This document shows positions 29,700-39,609 of a stretch of 64,000 nt of DNA, piece by piece. The notes under the pieces were generated by a model. The model saw only the letters and a program-made list of their open reading frames with translations. It did not search any database and was not told where the DNA came from. Numbering within the stretch: the first letter of the stretch is position 1; every line of letters begins with the position of its first letter. The stretch is from Minisyncoccia bacterium (GTDB lineage Bacteria > Patescibacteriota > Minisyncoccia > Phycocordibacterales > Phycocordibacteraceae), in assembly GCA_050011835.1 (NCBI GenBank), contig JBEKII010000004.1:8386-72385 (forward strand), written 5' to 3'. A program made the translations under genes and the position numbers.

Positions 29700-30350
29700 T
29701 CAAATTGAGAGCGCGAAACGCTCGAGAGAAAGAGAGAGGTCGAGACCTTTGCGACGAGAATTCTGGAGAAGAGAAATGAGGGCGAGCGATAATCGCCGCG
29801 ATTCTTTTGAAGTCCACACCCTGCTTCCCTTTTCCATCAAGTTGCGCGCTCTCCAATGCAGGAGGCCGTGGAGCATTTCCGGCGCGTCGCCCGCCATAAG
29901 CGCGCGATTGATTTCCAGCCAAAGTTTCTCACGATTTTTCGCGCTAAGAGCATTGACTAAATTTGAATTGAACCCTCGCGTATCTTCATGGGCAACGGAT
30001 TTGTCGTATGTATATACAACTTTTGCTCTCGCCGCGAGTTTTTTCGCTTTCGCCGTCGTGAGCCGAGGCGCAAGAAGAATAATTGCATTATCAGAGGCGG
30101 CGAGATTTTCAATATGTTCTTCAAGAATATCTGTCGTCTCCTCTTGAAAGGGATCGTCAATGAGTATCAAAAGCCGCTTTACAAAAAGTCCGCCCAAAGA
30201 CGCGGCATCTTCAAGCGCCGCAGGAGTCACGTCCTCGCGCGCGAGCCGCACATAAACAAGATTTGGTTCTTTTGTTCTCGCGGCCGCAACCCACTCAAAT
30301 GCCTTTGCGCGCGTTTTCTCTACATCACTACCGTGAAAAAGAAAAATCAT
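29700..30350 (-). CDS. Short DNA polymerase III delta (HolA)-like protein
   Basis: MIFLFHGSD, GGLF..RLLIL, LSLERF. Confidence 0.65.
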   Translation of the reverse strand: MIFLFHGSDVEKTRAKAFEWVAAARTKEPNLVYVRLAREDVTPAALEDAASLGGLFVKRLLILIDDPFQEETTDILEEHIENLAASDNAIILLAPRLTTAKAKKLAARAKVVYTYDKSVAHEDTRGFNSNLVNALSAKNREKLWLEINRALMAGDAPEMLHGLLHWRARNLMEKGSRVWTSKESRRLSLALISLLQNSRRKGLDLSLSLERFALSI

Positions 30351-32722
30351 ATTTCATGAAGAGCTCCCCAGTCAGTTCCCTGCTTCATCGCAGCAACAAT
30401 GGGGACGCCGTATGTCTTGTCAGCAGGCATCAGTGATTCCATCGTTCCTTTAACTTGCGTGCCCAATTCTTCCGCACGAGTAGAGCGAATCTCATATACC
30501 AATTCATCATGCACGGAAAGAAGGAGGTGAGCGTCACTGCGCGCGTTTTCATTTTCTAGAATGTCATCTGCCCGCACCATCGCGAGCTTGATGAGGTCCG
30601 CTTGTGTTCCCTGCAAGGGCGCATTGACGGCCATGCGCTCGGCTTGCGCCCGCACATACGGCAAGGACGATTTCATTTCTGGAAACTGCCGGCGCCGACC
30701 GAAGAAGGTTTCGGTGTAGCCATGCTTCCGTGCGAACCCTTTAGTTTTTTCAAGATATTCAGAAAGCGTCGTGAATTGCTCAAAGTAATTATCGTAAAAC
30801 GCATGCGCTTCGGCGGTCGTCGTGCCGAGCTGCTGCCGAAGCGCATTTACCCCCATGCCATAGAGAATGCCGAAGTTGATAACTTTCGCCCGGCGGCGCA
30901 TTTCAGCATCAACCGCTTCGGGCGCAACGTGGAATACAAATGCGGCAACTTCTCGGTGCACGTCTCTTCCGCTCCTGAATATGGTACACAGCTTCTCATC
31001 GCCAGAAAGAATCGCCGCGAGCCGCAGTTCTATTTGCGAATAATCAAGTGAGACGAGCGTGAACCCCGATGGCGCGACAAATGCGCGGCGTATCGCCCGA
31101 CCACGCTCCGAATGGAGTGGGATGTTTTGGAGATTTGGATTTTGAGATGCCAATCGTCCGGTCGTCGTACCGGTCTGAATGAATTCGGCATGCAGGCGAT
31201 TATCGGCATCAAGAAGCGGAGGAAGATTTTCAATATAGGTTGAAAGGAGTTTTTTTAATTCGCGATAATCAAGAATATCGTCGATAATCGGATGCGCGCC
31301 GCGAATTTTTTCAAGTTCGCTCTCGCGCGTCGAGCGCGCCCCTCCTGCGGTCTTCTTCTGCCGTTCCGGAATAAGATGAAGTTCGTCAAAAAGTACCGCG
31401 CCAAGCTGTTGGGGAGAATTCACGTTGAACTCGTGTCCCGCCGTTTTAAAGATACGTTTCTCAATTGTTTCAAGTTCTGTTCGATAATCTTTTGCGAGAG
31501 CCCTGAGAACGGCGGGATCGATGAGAACACCTCGCGTTTCCATCCTTTCTATGACCGGAATAAGCGGCTTTTCAATTTTTTCGTATACCTCGTGCACTTT
31601 CCCGAGTTCGGCGATGTGTTTCTCAAGCGCCGCATATGCCTTGTCAAAAGTTCGCTCCTTCGTAAATGCGAGAATATCGTCAAGCGACGGATTAGTGAAT
31701 TCGGACGAAATAAGCCAGAGCATTACCTGCCCCTCGCGCAGACGCCCAGGGTCTACTGCCTCGGGAATGGGCTCTGATATCTCCGCCGCTCGCACGCCGA
31801 GCACCGCTCGTGCCCGTTCTCGCAATGACCGGAAACCGAATTCGTCAAAAAGCGCCAACACTTTTTGCACGTCAACATTCTCGCGCCACGGTCGATCGGA
31901 CAATGCGAAAGCAATTGAAGCGTCAAGACGTATCGTCGCGAGTGATTTTGAAAAATAAGCATCTTCTTTGTGTTCTTTCAAAAGTGCAACTATGCGCGGT
32001 TTTATTCCTTTTTTTATAAATGCCGCGTTATTCTTCTTCAACGTCGCGTATATTTTTTCAATGGAGCCAAATTTCGTTATGAGTTCAGTCGCGGTTTTCT
32101 CGCCAATGCCTTTCACGCCTTTGATGTTATCGGAAGCGTCGCCGCAAAGTCCTTTCCAATCGGGAATAAGCGCGGGGAGAAAACCAAACCGCGCCTTGAC
32201 CGCCTCTTCGTCATAAAGAATTGTGTCGTTAATTCCTCGCTTCAACGTGTACACCTGAACGCGTTTATCTTGAACGAGCTGAAGAGTGTCCATATCGCCC
32301 GAAGCAATGATGACATCAATATTTTGTCCGCCGGAGCCGGATAATGTGTGCGCAATAGTGCCAAGGATGTCATCGGCTTCAAAACCTTCCCGTTCGTAAA
32401 TGGGAATAGAAAACGCCTCAAAGACCTTGCGCGACTCCTGAAGCTGTGACGCGAGCGCATCGTCCGTCTTCGCTCGCGTCGCCTTGTATCCTTCGTACGC
32501 CTCATGGCGAATGGTCGGCTTCGGCAAGTCGTAACAGGCGGCCATATAATCGGGCTTGAGATCGGTAATTATTTTGAGCAGCATTGAAACGAGACCGTAA
32601 AGAGCGCCTGTCGGTGTACCGGATGGACCGGTGAGTTCCGGTAATGCATGATAGGCGCGATGGATAATCGCGTGCGAATCAAGGAGCACGATGCGTTTCT
32701 TCACGGAAGTTTTTTTAGTCAT
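30347..32722 (-). CDS. polA: DNA polymerase I
   Basis: 5'-3' exonuclease (LLDSH..IHRAYHA, EADD, GDASDN) and polymerase motifs (TGRLAS.NPNLQN, DYSQIELR, VHDEL); start ATG 32722. Confidence 0.95.
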   Translation of the reverse strand: MTKKTSVKKRIVLLDSHAIIHRAYHALPELTGPSGTPTGALYGLVSMLLKIITDLKPDYMAACYDLPKPTIRHEAYEGYKATRAKTDDALASQLQESRKVFEAFSIPIYEREGFEADDILGTIAHTLSGSGGQNIDVIIASGDMDTLQLVQDKRVQVYTLKRGINDTILYDEEAVKARFGFLPALIPDWKGLCGDASDNIKGVKGIGEKTATELITKFGSIEKIYATLKKNNAAFIKKGIKPRIVALLKEHKEDAYFSKSLATIRLDASIAFALSDRPWRENVDVQKVLALFDEFGFRSLRERARAVLGVRAAEISEPIPEAVDPGRLREGQVMLWLISSEFTNPSLDDILAFTKERTFDKAYAALEKHIAELGKVHEVYEKIEKPLIPVIERMETRGVLIDPAVLRALAKDYRTELETIEKRIFKTAGHEFNVNSPQQLGAVLFDELHLIPERQKKTAGGARSTRESELEKIRGAHPIIDDILDYRELKKLLSTYIENLPPLLDADNRLHAEFIQTGTTTGRLASQNPNLQNIPLHSERGRAIRRAFVAPSGFTLVSLDYSQIELRLAAILSGDEKLCTIFRSGRDVHREVAAFVFHVAPEAVDAEMRRRAKVINFGILYGMGVNALRQQLGTTTAEAHAFYDNYFEQFTTLSEYLEKTKGFARKHGYTETFFGRRRQFPEMKSSLPYVRAQAERMAVNAPLQGTQADLIKLAMVRADDILENENARSDAHLLLSVHDELVYEIRSTRAEELGTQVKGTMESLMPADKTYGVPIVAAMKQGTDWGALHEI

Positions 32723-33167
32723 ATGAAATGATGCGTGTGGCGTCGGGAAGCGAGACGAAAGAGAGATGCGCCGCAGGTACTGGAAGCGCGCTCTGAACTT
32801 TCTCCGGCCACTCAAGCAGAATAAGATTATTCGCGTCTCGCATAAGTTCGTCAAAACCAAGTGGAGCGAGGTCGCTCCCTGCTTCAAGCCGATACGCGTC
32901 AATGTGAACGAGCCGCGAAAATGCTTTTGCGTTTTCGTCCAGAGCAGAAGCGAGGGAATAAATTTTCTCAAGAACAAAAGTGGGGCTGTTCACCATTTCT
33001 TCAACGCCGAGCGCCCGCGCGACCGCTTTAACAAAGGCGGTCTTCCCCGCCCCGAGCTCTCCGGAAAGAACGACGAGCGTCGCGCTGCCTTCTCTCGGAG
33101 TCAGTTCGCCAACGAAACGCGCCGCTTCGGCATCAAGCTCGGTAAGCGTTTTAACCGATTTCTCCAT
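32715..33167 (-). CDS. tsaE: tRNA t6A biosynthesis ATPase TsaE
   Basis: LSGELGAGKT, SPTF, HIDAYRL, EWP. Confidence 0.93.
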   Translation of the reverse strand: MEKSVKTLTELDAEAARFVGELTPREGSATLVVLSGELGAGKTAFVKAVARALGVEEMVNSPTFVLEKIYSLASALDENAKAFSRLVHIDAYRLEAGSDLAPLGFDELMRDANNLILLEWPEKVQSALPVPAAHLSFVSLPDATRIISYD

Positions 33168-33236
33168 TACGATAATTGTACTCTGAAAATGAAAGTGCGC
33201 CCAAGTCTCCGAGAGACTGGGCGCACTGTTTGCCAC

Positions 33237-33545
33237 TTACCACCGGCGGCCATGGAACCCCATACCAAAGCGGATCCCAAACCCAACGACTGGATAGCCA
33301 TAACACGGCGCATAGACCGATGGGTATACATAAACTGGTGGGAGTTGAACATAGACAGTCTGTGGGGGTGGTTGAACATAATCCGGTGCCGGCGGTGGTT
33401 GAAATGCAGGTGCCGGAGGTTGCGTTCCGGACGGAGTAGAGCAGTATTGCACCCCATTCAACAAAATACACTCCGCGCAGACAGTTGTGGCCGTCGCGGC
33501 CACCATAACCCCGATAAAAAGAGCTAAAAACATCCACTTTTTCAT
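33237..33545 (-). CDS. Small secreted Pro/Tyr-rich protein
   Basis: Signal peptide, Pro-rich linker, Y/G-rich tail. Confidence 0.6.
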   Translation of the reverse strand: MKKWMFLALFIGVMVAATATTVCAECILLNGVQYCSTPSGTQPPAPAFQPPPAPDYVQPPPQTVYVQLPPVYVYPSVYAPCYGYPVVGFGIRFGMGFHGRRW

Positions 33546-33656
33546 AATAGTTTCCTCCCTTCGTTTATTCTTGCTCTAGTATACACGAAACGGTATCTTT
33601 GTCAAGTACCCTTTTGGGGTCTAAATCTCGGTGTATTATCGGTGTATTATGTGTAA

Positions 33657-35327
33657 ATGGATTTACCATTTGATATCGGACAAGAAACAAGAAAGCTCAC
33701 CGAAGTGCGCGAGCGAGAAGAGGAGGATGTCGCGCGCATTCTCTCCGAAAAGTACGGCATGACATACGTTGACCTTTCATTAAAGGAAATAAACAGCGAT
33801 GCCCTCCGCACGATTCCTGAAGACGAGGCGCGCCTCGCTGAAGTGGCGGCCTTCGCGCGCGTCGCCGAGGTGCTCTCGCTCGCCGTCCACAATCCGAACA
33901 ACCCCGCATTCATTAAACTTCGCGCCGAGCTCGTCGGGCGCGGATTCTCACTGCAAGAATTCCTCGTTTCGCAGAAGAGCTTGGATCGAGCGTTCGCTCG
34001 TTATGCTGACCTTACATTCTCTACCGAATCAAAAGCGGGCGGTTTCATTATTAACAAAGAAGTGCTCGCAAGACTCATAAAGGAAAACGGAACGCGGAGC
34101 GCTCTGAAGCAAGAACTTGACGCCACCACGACCCTGAAATCGCTTGACCGCGTCTCGCGCATTTTAGAAGCCGTTCTCGCGGGCGCTTTCGCGCTTCGCT
34201 CCTCCGATATTCATTTTGAACCAGAGGAAGAAAGAACTCGTTTGCGATTGCGCATTGATGGCATTCTGTTTGACACGTATTTTTTTGATCCGGCGACCTA
34301 TCATCAGCTCAACTCGCGCATCAAACTGCTCTCGGGCGTGAAGCTCAACGTTACCAATCGGGCGCAAGACGGACGTTTCAGTGTCTTGCACGAGAATAAC
34401 TCGGTAGAAATGCGCGTTTCCTTCATCCCCGGCAATTATGGAGAAGCCATCGTCATGCGTATTCTTAATCCCGAAGCGACCAAGGTCTCTTATAAGGAGC
34501 TCGGTATCCATCCGAAACTCCTCGCGCGTCTCGAGAGAGAAATCCGCCGTCCGAACGGCATGCTGCTCACGACCGGCCCCACCGGGAGCGGAAAGACGAC
34601 CACGCTTTACTCATTTCTCCGCGAGATTCACACGCCGGAAATAAAAATCATCACGATTGAAGACCCGGTTGAATACCATCTTGACGGTATTGTGCAAACG
34701 CAAGTCGCAGGAACGAAATACACCTTCGCCGAAGGGCTCAAGTCAATTGTCCGCCAGGACCCGGATATCATTATGGTCGGCGAAATCCGCGATAGTGAGA
34801 CCGCCGACATCGCCATCCAAGCGGCGCTCACGGGCCATTTCGTTTTCTCCACCCTCCACACCAATGACGCCGCTGGCACCTTCCCGCGCCTTACGGACCT
34901 CGGCGCGGACCCGAAATCCTTCGGTTCGGCAATTACTGTTTCCATGGCGCAACGTCTCTTGCGCCGACTTGACCCGGATAAAAAGAAAGAACGCTCGCTT
35001 ACCGACGACGAGAAAAAAATGATTGCAAAAGTATTTGAACCACTCGCCGACAAATCACTCGTTCCGGAAAAAATAGAAAAGGTTTGGGACCCGGCTCCCG
35101 CGAACGAAGACGAGACCGGCTTCAGGGGCCGCATCGGCCTGTACGAGGCAATTTTCATGGATGATGCGCTTGCAAATTTCCTTCGCGATAATCCGCCAGA
35201 AAACGAAATCGCGAAATTTACCTCAAAACAGGGCTACCTCACAATGGCGCAGGACGGCATCGTCAAAGCTCTTGCTGGTATCACGTCCCTTTCCGAAGTC
35301 GCCAATACCGTTGACCTTCCTAGGTGA
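33657..35327 (+). CDS. pilB: GspE/PilB family assembly ATPase
   Basis: SDIHFEP, QDGRF, TGPTGSGKTTT, TIEDPVEY, RQDPD, GEIRD, STLHTN. Confidence 0.9.
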   Translation: MDLPFDIGQETRKLTEVREREEEDVARILSEKYGMTYVDLSLKEINSDALRTIPEDEARLAEVAAFARVAEVLSLAVHNPNNPAFIKLRAELVGRGFSLQEFLVSQKSLDRAFARYADLTFSTESKAGGFIINKEVLARLIKENGTRSALKQELDATTTLKSLDRVSRILEAVLAGAFALRSSDIHFEPEEERTRLRLRIDGILFDTYFFDPATYHQLNSRIKLLSGVKLNVTNRAQDGRFSVLHENNSVEMRVSFIPGNYGEAIVMRILNPEATKVSYKELGIHPKLLARLEREIRRPNGMLLTTGPTGSGKTTTLYSFLREIHTPEIKIITIEDPVEYHLDGIVQTQVAGTKYTFAEGLKSIVRQDPDIIMVGEIRDSETADIAIQAALTGHFVFSTLHTNDAAGTFPRLTDLGADPKSFGSAITVSMAQRLLRRLDPDKKKERSLTDDEKKMIAKVFEPLADKSLVPEKIEKVWDPAPANEDETGFRGRIGLYEAIFMDDALANFLRDNPPENEIAKFTSKQGYLTMAQDGIVKALAGITSLSEVANTVDLPR

Positions 35328-35333
35328 AGAAAA

Positions 35334-36878
35334 ATGGAAAAAATTCCAAACAAAGAACAGGATCCGAAACAACGAACGCCGGAGGAAAAAGATATTCTTC
35401 GCGCACGTCTAAATTCAATAGTGAGCCAGAGCATCACGACAGCAAATATTGATACGTTCGCCGATTCGGCCCTCAATGAGCTTATTTTGTTTACCGGGGA
35501 AATTGTTGAGCACTATAAAACCGAACATCCGAAAGATATAGGTTCCGGGAAAGAACTCGAGGACCGTGCTTTCTCCACTTACGGTCTTGATGATTTAAAT
35601 TTGTACCTCGTACGTGTTCAGGAAAAGTCTGACCAGATTCATCAGCTTGATAAAGCATTGCAGGATATGAGTAATATCCCTGAGGTAATTACTCCTCCTG
35701 ATAAAAATAGTTCTTTTGTTAAAAGTAGTAACAGTAGCAATCCCTTTGAAGAAAAAGTGCTGATATCAAGACTGAAACTACTTTTGTATATTTTAGGTAA
35801 CGATTTCAATCTAAAACTTGAGGATGTTCAGCTTACCCGGGGAATTGTAACTGACACTATGGTGCGTCGAGAAAGTTATGTGACAGCAGAAATTCCCGCA
35901 CTACGTCGTGTTGTTCAAATCTGCGATGAAGAAGGAAACGCCAGTTACGTGTTTGATGGTGAAATTATGGCGCAAGAAGGAATCAGTGTCGCTGACTTGA
36001 ATCGTTCCGAGAAGCGAGAAAAAAATGAGCTTATAGATAAGTTCAGAGGGATTGGCACTCGCCTGATTCAACAAGCACATTGGCGCGACGTGATGGCAGA
36101 ATTTCTCTCCTCCCCTCTAGAGAAACCCGAGGAGGAAACGGTTGATCCGACATCAAAGGACCTGCCACAAGTTATAACTTCTGAATTCGATCCTTGGCGT
36201 GGTTTTCTTGAGGCAGATGGTATGCGCTGGGGGACAAAAAATGCAATTATTGCGTATCTTCACACAAATCATGAAACGATAGGTTCTTTTATTAAAAAGC
36301 ATCCGGAAATCCCTTCAAAAGAAGTGCGGGACTTGACAGGGAAAAAAAGAGAATCCTATCCAATAGAACAGATTGAGCCGAAATTTAAAGAACTTTTTTC
36401 CCTTTCTAAAGTCGCAACAAGCGGCGAGTGGAAAGGATTCTACGAAAGCGAGGACAAACATTGGGGAACAGCACACACAATCGCTATGCGATTAGGTTTA
36501 ACTAAAGGTACCATAGAGCCTCTTGTCAGAAAACATCCTGAAATTCAATCTAAAAGGGTGCGCGATTTAACAAACAAGGAAGCAAAAGCTTATTCTCTAG
36601 AACAAATCAAATCCAATGTTGATGAGTTTCTTTCTCTCCCTAAAGTCGCAACAAGCGGCGAGTGGAAAGGATTCTACGAAAGCGAAGGTGAGCACTGGGG
36701 ACCAATTAATACGATAGAACACTTCTTGGGGGTACTCAGGGGTAATATTTATTACCAAATTAAAAGACATCCTGAAATTCCATCAAAGAAACTGAGGGAT
36801 CTGACGGGAAAGGAAATATCAAATGCTTATTCTCTGGAACAAATTAAAAATATATTCAAAATAAAATCCCGTCCGTAA
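35334..36878 (+). CDS. Hypothetical protein with three ~78-aa C-terminal repeats
   Basis: W.GF.E....WG...I...HPEI.SK..RDLT.K...Y..EQI x3; 234-bp period. Confidence 0.8.
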   Translation: MEKIPNKEQDPKQRTPEEKDILRARLNSIVSQSITTANIDTFADSALNELILFTGEIVEHYKTEHPKDIGSGKELEDRAFSTYGLDDLNLYLVRVQEKSDQIHQLDKALQDMSNIPEVITPPDKNSSFVKSSNSSNPFEEKVLISRLKLLLYILGNDFNLKLEDVQLTRGIVTDTMVRRESYVTAEIPALRRVVQICDEEGNASYVFDGEIMAQEGISVADLNRSEKREKNELIDKFRGIGTRLIQQAHWRDVMAEFLSSPLEKPEEETVDPTSKDLPQVITSEFDPWRGFLEADGMRWGTKNAIIAYLHTNHETIGSFIKKHPEIPSKEVRDLTGKKRESYPIEQIEPKFKELFSLSKVATSGEWKGFYESEDKHWGTAHTIAMRLGLTKGTIEPLVRKHPEIQSKRVRDLTNKEAKAYSLEQIKSNVDEFLSLPKVATSGEWKGFYESEGEHWGPINTIEHFLGVLRGNIYYQIKRHPEIPSKKLRDLTGKEISNAYSLEQIKNIFKIKSRP

Positions 36879-36908
36879 TCCTCAAGACCCCGCCGGCACC
36901 GCCTCCCT

Positions 36909-37011
36909 AAAAACAGGATATCTCACGATAGCGCAGGACGGCATTCTCAAAGCCCTCGCCGGCATCACTTCCCTTTCCAAAGTCGCTGATACGATTGACC
37001 TGCCGAGATAA
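36909..37011 (+). pseudogene. Diverged duplicate of the pilB 3' end
   Basis: KTGYLTIAQDGILKALAGITSLSKVADTIDLPR* vs KQGYLTMAQDGIVKALAGITSLSEVANTVDLPR* (35225-35327). Confidence 0.85.
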
Positions 37012-37046
37012 ACAGAAGTCGCCTGACAGAGTCAGGCGACTTCTGT
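37012..37046. terminator. Perfect 16-bp hairpin
   Basis: ACAGAAGTCGCCTGAC-AGA-GTCAGGCGACTTCTGT. Confidence 0.7.
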
Positions 37047-37336
37047 CGGACGTTACTTGATGGTGACCTCACCCATCACCTGATAAAACTCTTGTTTCGA
37101 TATCACGTAAGGCCTCCTTTCTTTTTTGACAAAGACCACCTCCTGTTCACGCTCCTCCAGACAAAACCCGCGAGTTAACACGGGGAAGACGAAACACCTG
37201 AGGAGATTCCCAGCATAGTACCGAAGTACTGAACCAGGAATTCCTTGGGGAAACGCCAAAAGCCGTCAAGCCCTTGCCTAGAGGAGTATGAACAGGAACA
37301 GAAATCGTGCTAGAATGCTAGCACTGCACGATTTTT

Positions 37337-38332
37337 ATGTCAACCCCCCTCAAAACTTCTTCCGAACCGTCTTCATCGCTCGATGCGGTGCTGCGCCCCA
37401 GCCATTGGGACGATTATGTCGGCCAGAAACAAGTGAAAGCGAGCGTGCGGATTTCTATTGATGCCGCGAAGAAGCGCGGCGGTATGCCTGAGCATTTCCT
37501 CTTCTATGGTCCGCCGGGAGTCGGGAAGACGACGCTCGCACACCTCGTCGCCGCGACACTTGAATCACCATTAAAAAGTACCTCGGGCGTCGCCATAGAG
37601 CGCGCCGGTGACCTCGCGGCGATATTGACCAACCTGGAACCGAACACTGTTCTTTTTATTGACGAAATTCATCGCCTCTCGCGCAAAATTGAAGAGCTTT
37701 TATATCCCGCGCTTGAGTCGGGCCATCTTGATATCGTACTCGGGAAAGGCCCTTCGGCACGCACGGTTGAGCTTGCGCTTCCGCCGTTCACATTGGTCGG
37801 CGCAACGACACGCGTTGCGGAACTTTCCGGACCGCTGCGCTCGCGCTTCGGCGGCGGCGTGTACCAGCTTGACTTCTACAGCGACAGCGATCTGCGTGAT
37901 ATCATTCGTCGTTCAGCTAGTCTGCTCAAACTTTCTGTTCCCGAAGAGGTTATCGAACGCATCGCGGCACGGAGTCGTGCGACGCCGCGTATTGCGAATG
38001 CACTCTTGAAGCGCGTGCGCGATTTCTCCGAAGTCCGCGAGCGGAAGCTCTCTACCGCACTTTGCGACGAGGCATGCGAACTTTTCGGCATTGATGCATT
38101 CGGACTTACGAAAGACGACCGTCGCTACCTCGAAACCCTTCACAAGAGCTTCAGAGGCGGTCCGGCAGGCGTTCGTGCTCTCGCGGCCGGTCTTCATGAA
38201 GATTCGGACACCGTTGAATATGTGTACGAACCGTATCTGCTTCGTCTCGGTTTCGTTGAGCGTTCTTCTCGCGGCCGTATACTCACACAAAAAGGCCGCG
38301 CTTATCTTGAAGACGGGCCGCTTTTATTTTGA
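37337..38332 (+). CDS. ruvB: Holliday junction helicase RuvB
   Basis: LRP...DYVGQ, GPPGVGKTTLA, FIDEIHRL, GATTR, EPYL. Confidence 0.96.
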   Translation: MSTPLKTSSEPSSSLDAVLRPSHWDDYVGQKQVKASVRISIDAAKKRGGMPEHFLFYGPPGVGKTTLAHLVAATLESPLKSTSGVAIERAGDLAAILTNLEPNTVLFIDEIHRLSRKIEELLYPALESGHLDIVLGKGPSARTVELALPPFTLVGATTRVAELSGPLRSRFGGGVYQLDFYSDSDLRDIIRRSASLLKLSVPEEVIERIAARSRATPRIANALLKRVRDFSEVRERKLSTALCDEACELFGIDAFGLTKDDRRYLETLHKSFRGGPAGVRALAAGLHEDSDTVEYVYEPYLLRLGFVERSSRGRILTQKGRAYLEDGPLLF

Positions 38333-38334
38333 GT

Positions 38335-38889
38335 ATGTCCGGGCATAGCAAATGGTCTCAAATTAAGAGGCAGAAATCGGTAACCGACGCGGCAAAAAGC
38401 CGTGTCTTTGCGCGCTACGCGCGCCTCATTGCGCTTGAATCAAAAAAAGCAAACGGCATCTCATCGGCGCCAGGACTCTCGGTCGCCATCGCGCGCGCCA
38501 AAGCCGCAAATATGCCAAAAGATAATATCGACCGCGCGATTGCGAAGGGCACATCAAAAGACTCGGGAAATCTTGAGCGAATAACCTATGAAGCATACGG
38601 CCCGGGCGGCGTCGCGATACTTATTGATGTCCTCACCGACAACAAAAACCGGACGACGCAGGAGATGAAGCATGCACTTTTAAAACAAGGAGCGGAGCTT
38701 GCGATGCTTGGTGCTGCGAGTTGGGCATTTTCCAAAACCAGTGATGGATACATTCCCCGCGGGCCTCTCATTGAACTCTCGAATACTGATGAGGAGCGGC
38801 TTGCGGCTATTCTTAAGACACTTGATGAACATGATGACGTGCAAGAAGTATTCACGAATGCGCGCGGCTATGAGAATACTAGCGATTGA
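38335..38889 (+). CDS. YebC/PmpR family protein (short)
   Basis: MSGHSKWSQIK, YEAYGPGG, TDNKNRT, DDVQEVFTN. Confidence 0.92.
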   Translation: MSGHSKWSQIKRQKSVTDAAKSRVFARYARLIALESKKANGISSAPGLSVAIARAKAANMPKDNIDRAIAKGTSKDSGNLERITYEAYGPGGVAILIDVLTDNKNRTTQEMKHALLKQGAELAMLGAASWAFSKTSDGYIPRGPLIELSNTDEERLAAILKTLDEHDDVQEVFTNARGYENTSD

Positions 38890-39346
38890 CCCCGGCTACG
38901 ACCGGCTCGGCATTGCAGTTATTGAAGGCGACTCTTCTCGGCCCACACTGATTTGGAGCGGGTGTGTGACGCCAGACAGGGGTCCGAGCGCGCAACGTCT
39001 TGCGTGCATATCAGACGCGGTTACAGAAGCGATTAGAGAATACTTGCCTGACGCCCTTGCCCTTGAGACGCTCTTCTTCAATGCAAATAAAAAAACGGCG
39101 CTCGGTGTTGCCGAAGCGCGTGGAGCGGTACTTGCCGCGACCGGCAGTGCTTCCCTGCCGGTCATAGAATGTTCCCCGCAACAAGTGAAGCTTGCCGTCA
39201 CCGGATATGGCAGCGCAGATAAAACAGCTGTCGCGAATATGATTCCACAACTCCTTATCCTTCCAAAAAAGAAACGCCTTGATGATGAGCTAGACGCAGT
39301 GGCAATCGGCATAACTGCCCTCGCCACTGGCCTCATTCGGCACTAA
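38870..39346 (+). CDS. ruvC: Crossover junction endodeoxyribonuclease RuvC
   Basis: MRILAIDPG, E..FF, EARG, VK..VTGYG.A.K, DD..DA. Confidence 0.95.
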   Translation: MRILAIDPGYDRLGIAVIEGDSSRPTLIWSGCVTPDRGPSAQRLACISDAVTEAIREYLPDALALETLFFNANKKTALGVAEARGAVLAATGSASLPVIECSPQQVKLAVTGYGSADKTAVANMIPQLLILPKKKRLDDELDAVAIGITALATGLIRH

Positions 39347-39439
39347 TCCACACCGAGAAATAAAAGTACTTGCGGGAAGAATTTTTTTTGTTTAAATATA
39401 CCAACCCCAGTGCGGGGTTAAACCTAAATCTATCCACTT

Positions 39440-39544
39440 ATGGATATGGATGATATGAACCCTTATAATGAGGGCATCGACGCGGAGGAAGAGATGGCGA
39501 TCGGCCCTGAAGAGGAAGAAGAGAAGGAAGAGGACTGGTATTAA
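39440..39544 (+). CDS. 34-aa highly acidic peptide
   Basis: MDMDDMNPYNEGIDAEEEMAIGPEEEEEKEEDWY*, followed by a GC hairpin; below the ORF-track cutoff. Confidence 0.5.
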   Translation: MDMDDMNPYNEGIDAEEEMAIGPEEEEEKEEDWY

Positions 39545-39609
39545 ATAGCGCAGACAAGCCGCGTGGCCCCGCCACAAAGGGCGGGGTTATGCGTGTTAGC
39601 ATACGAGCC

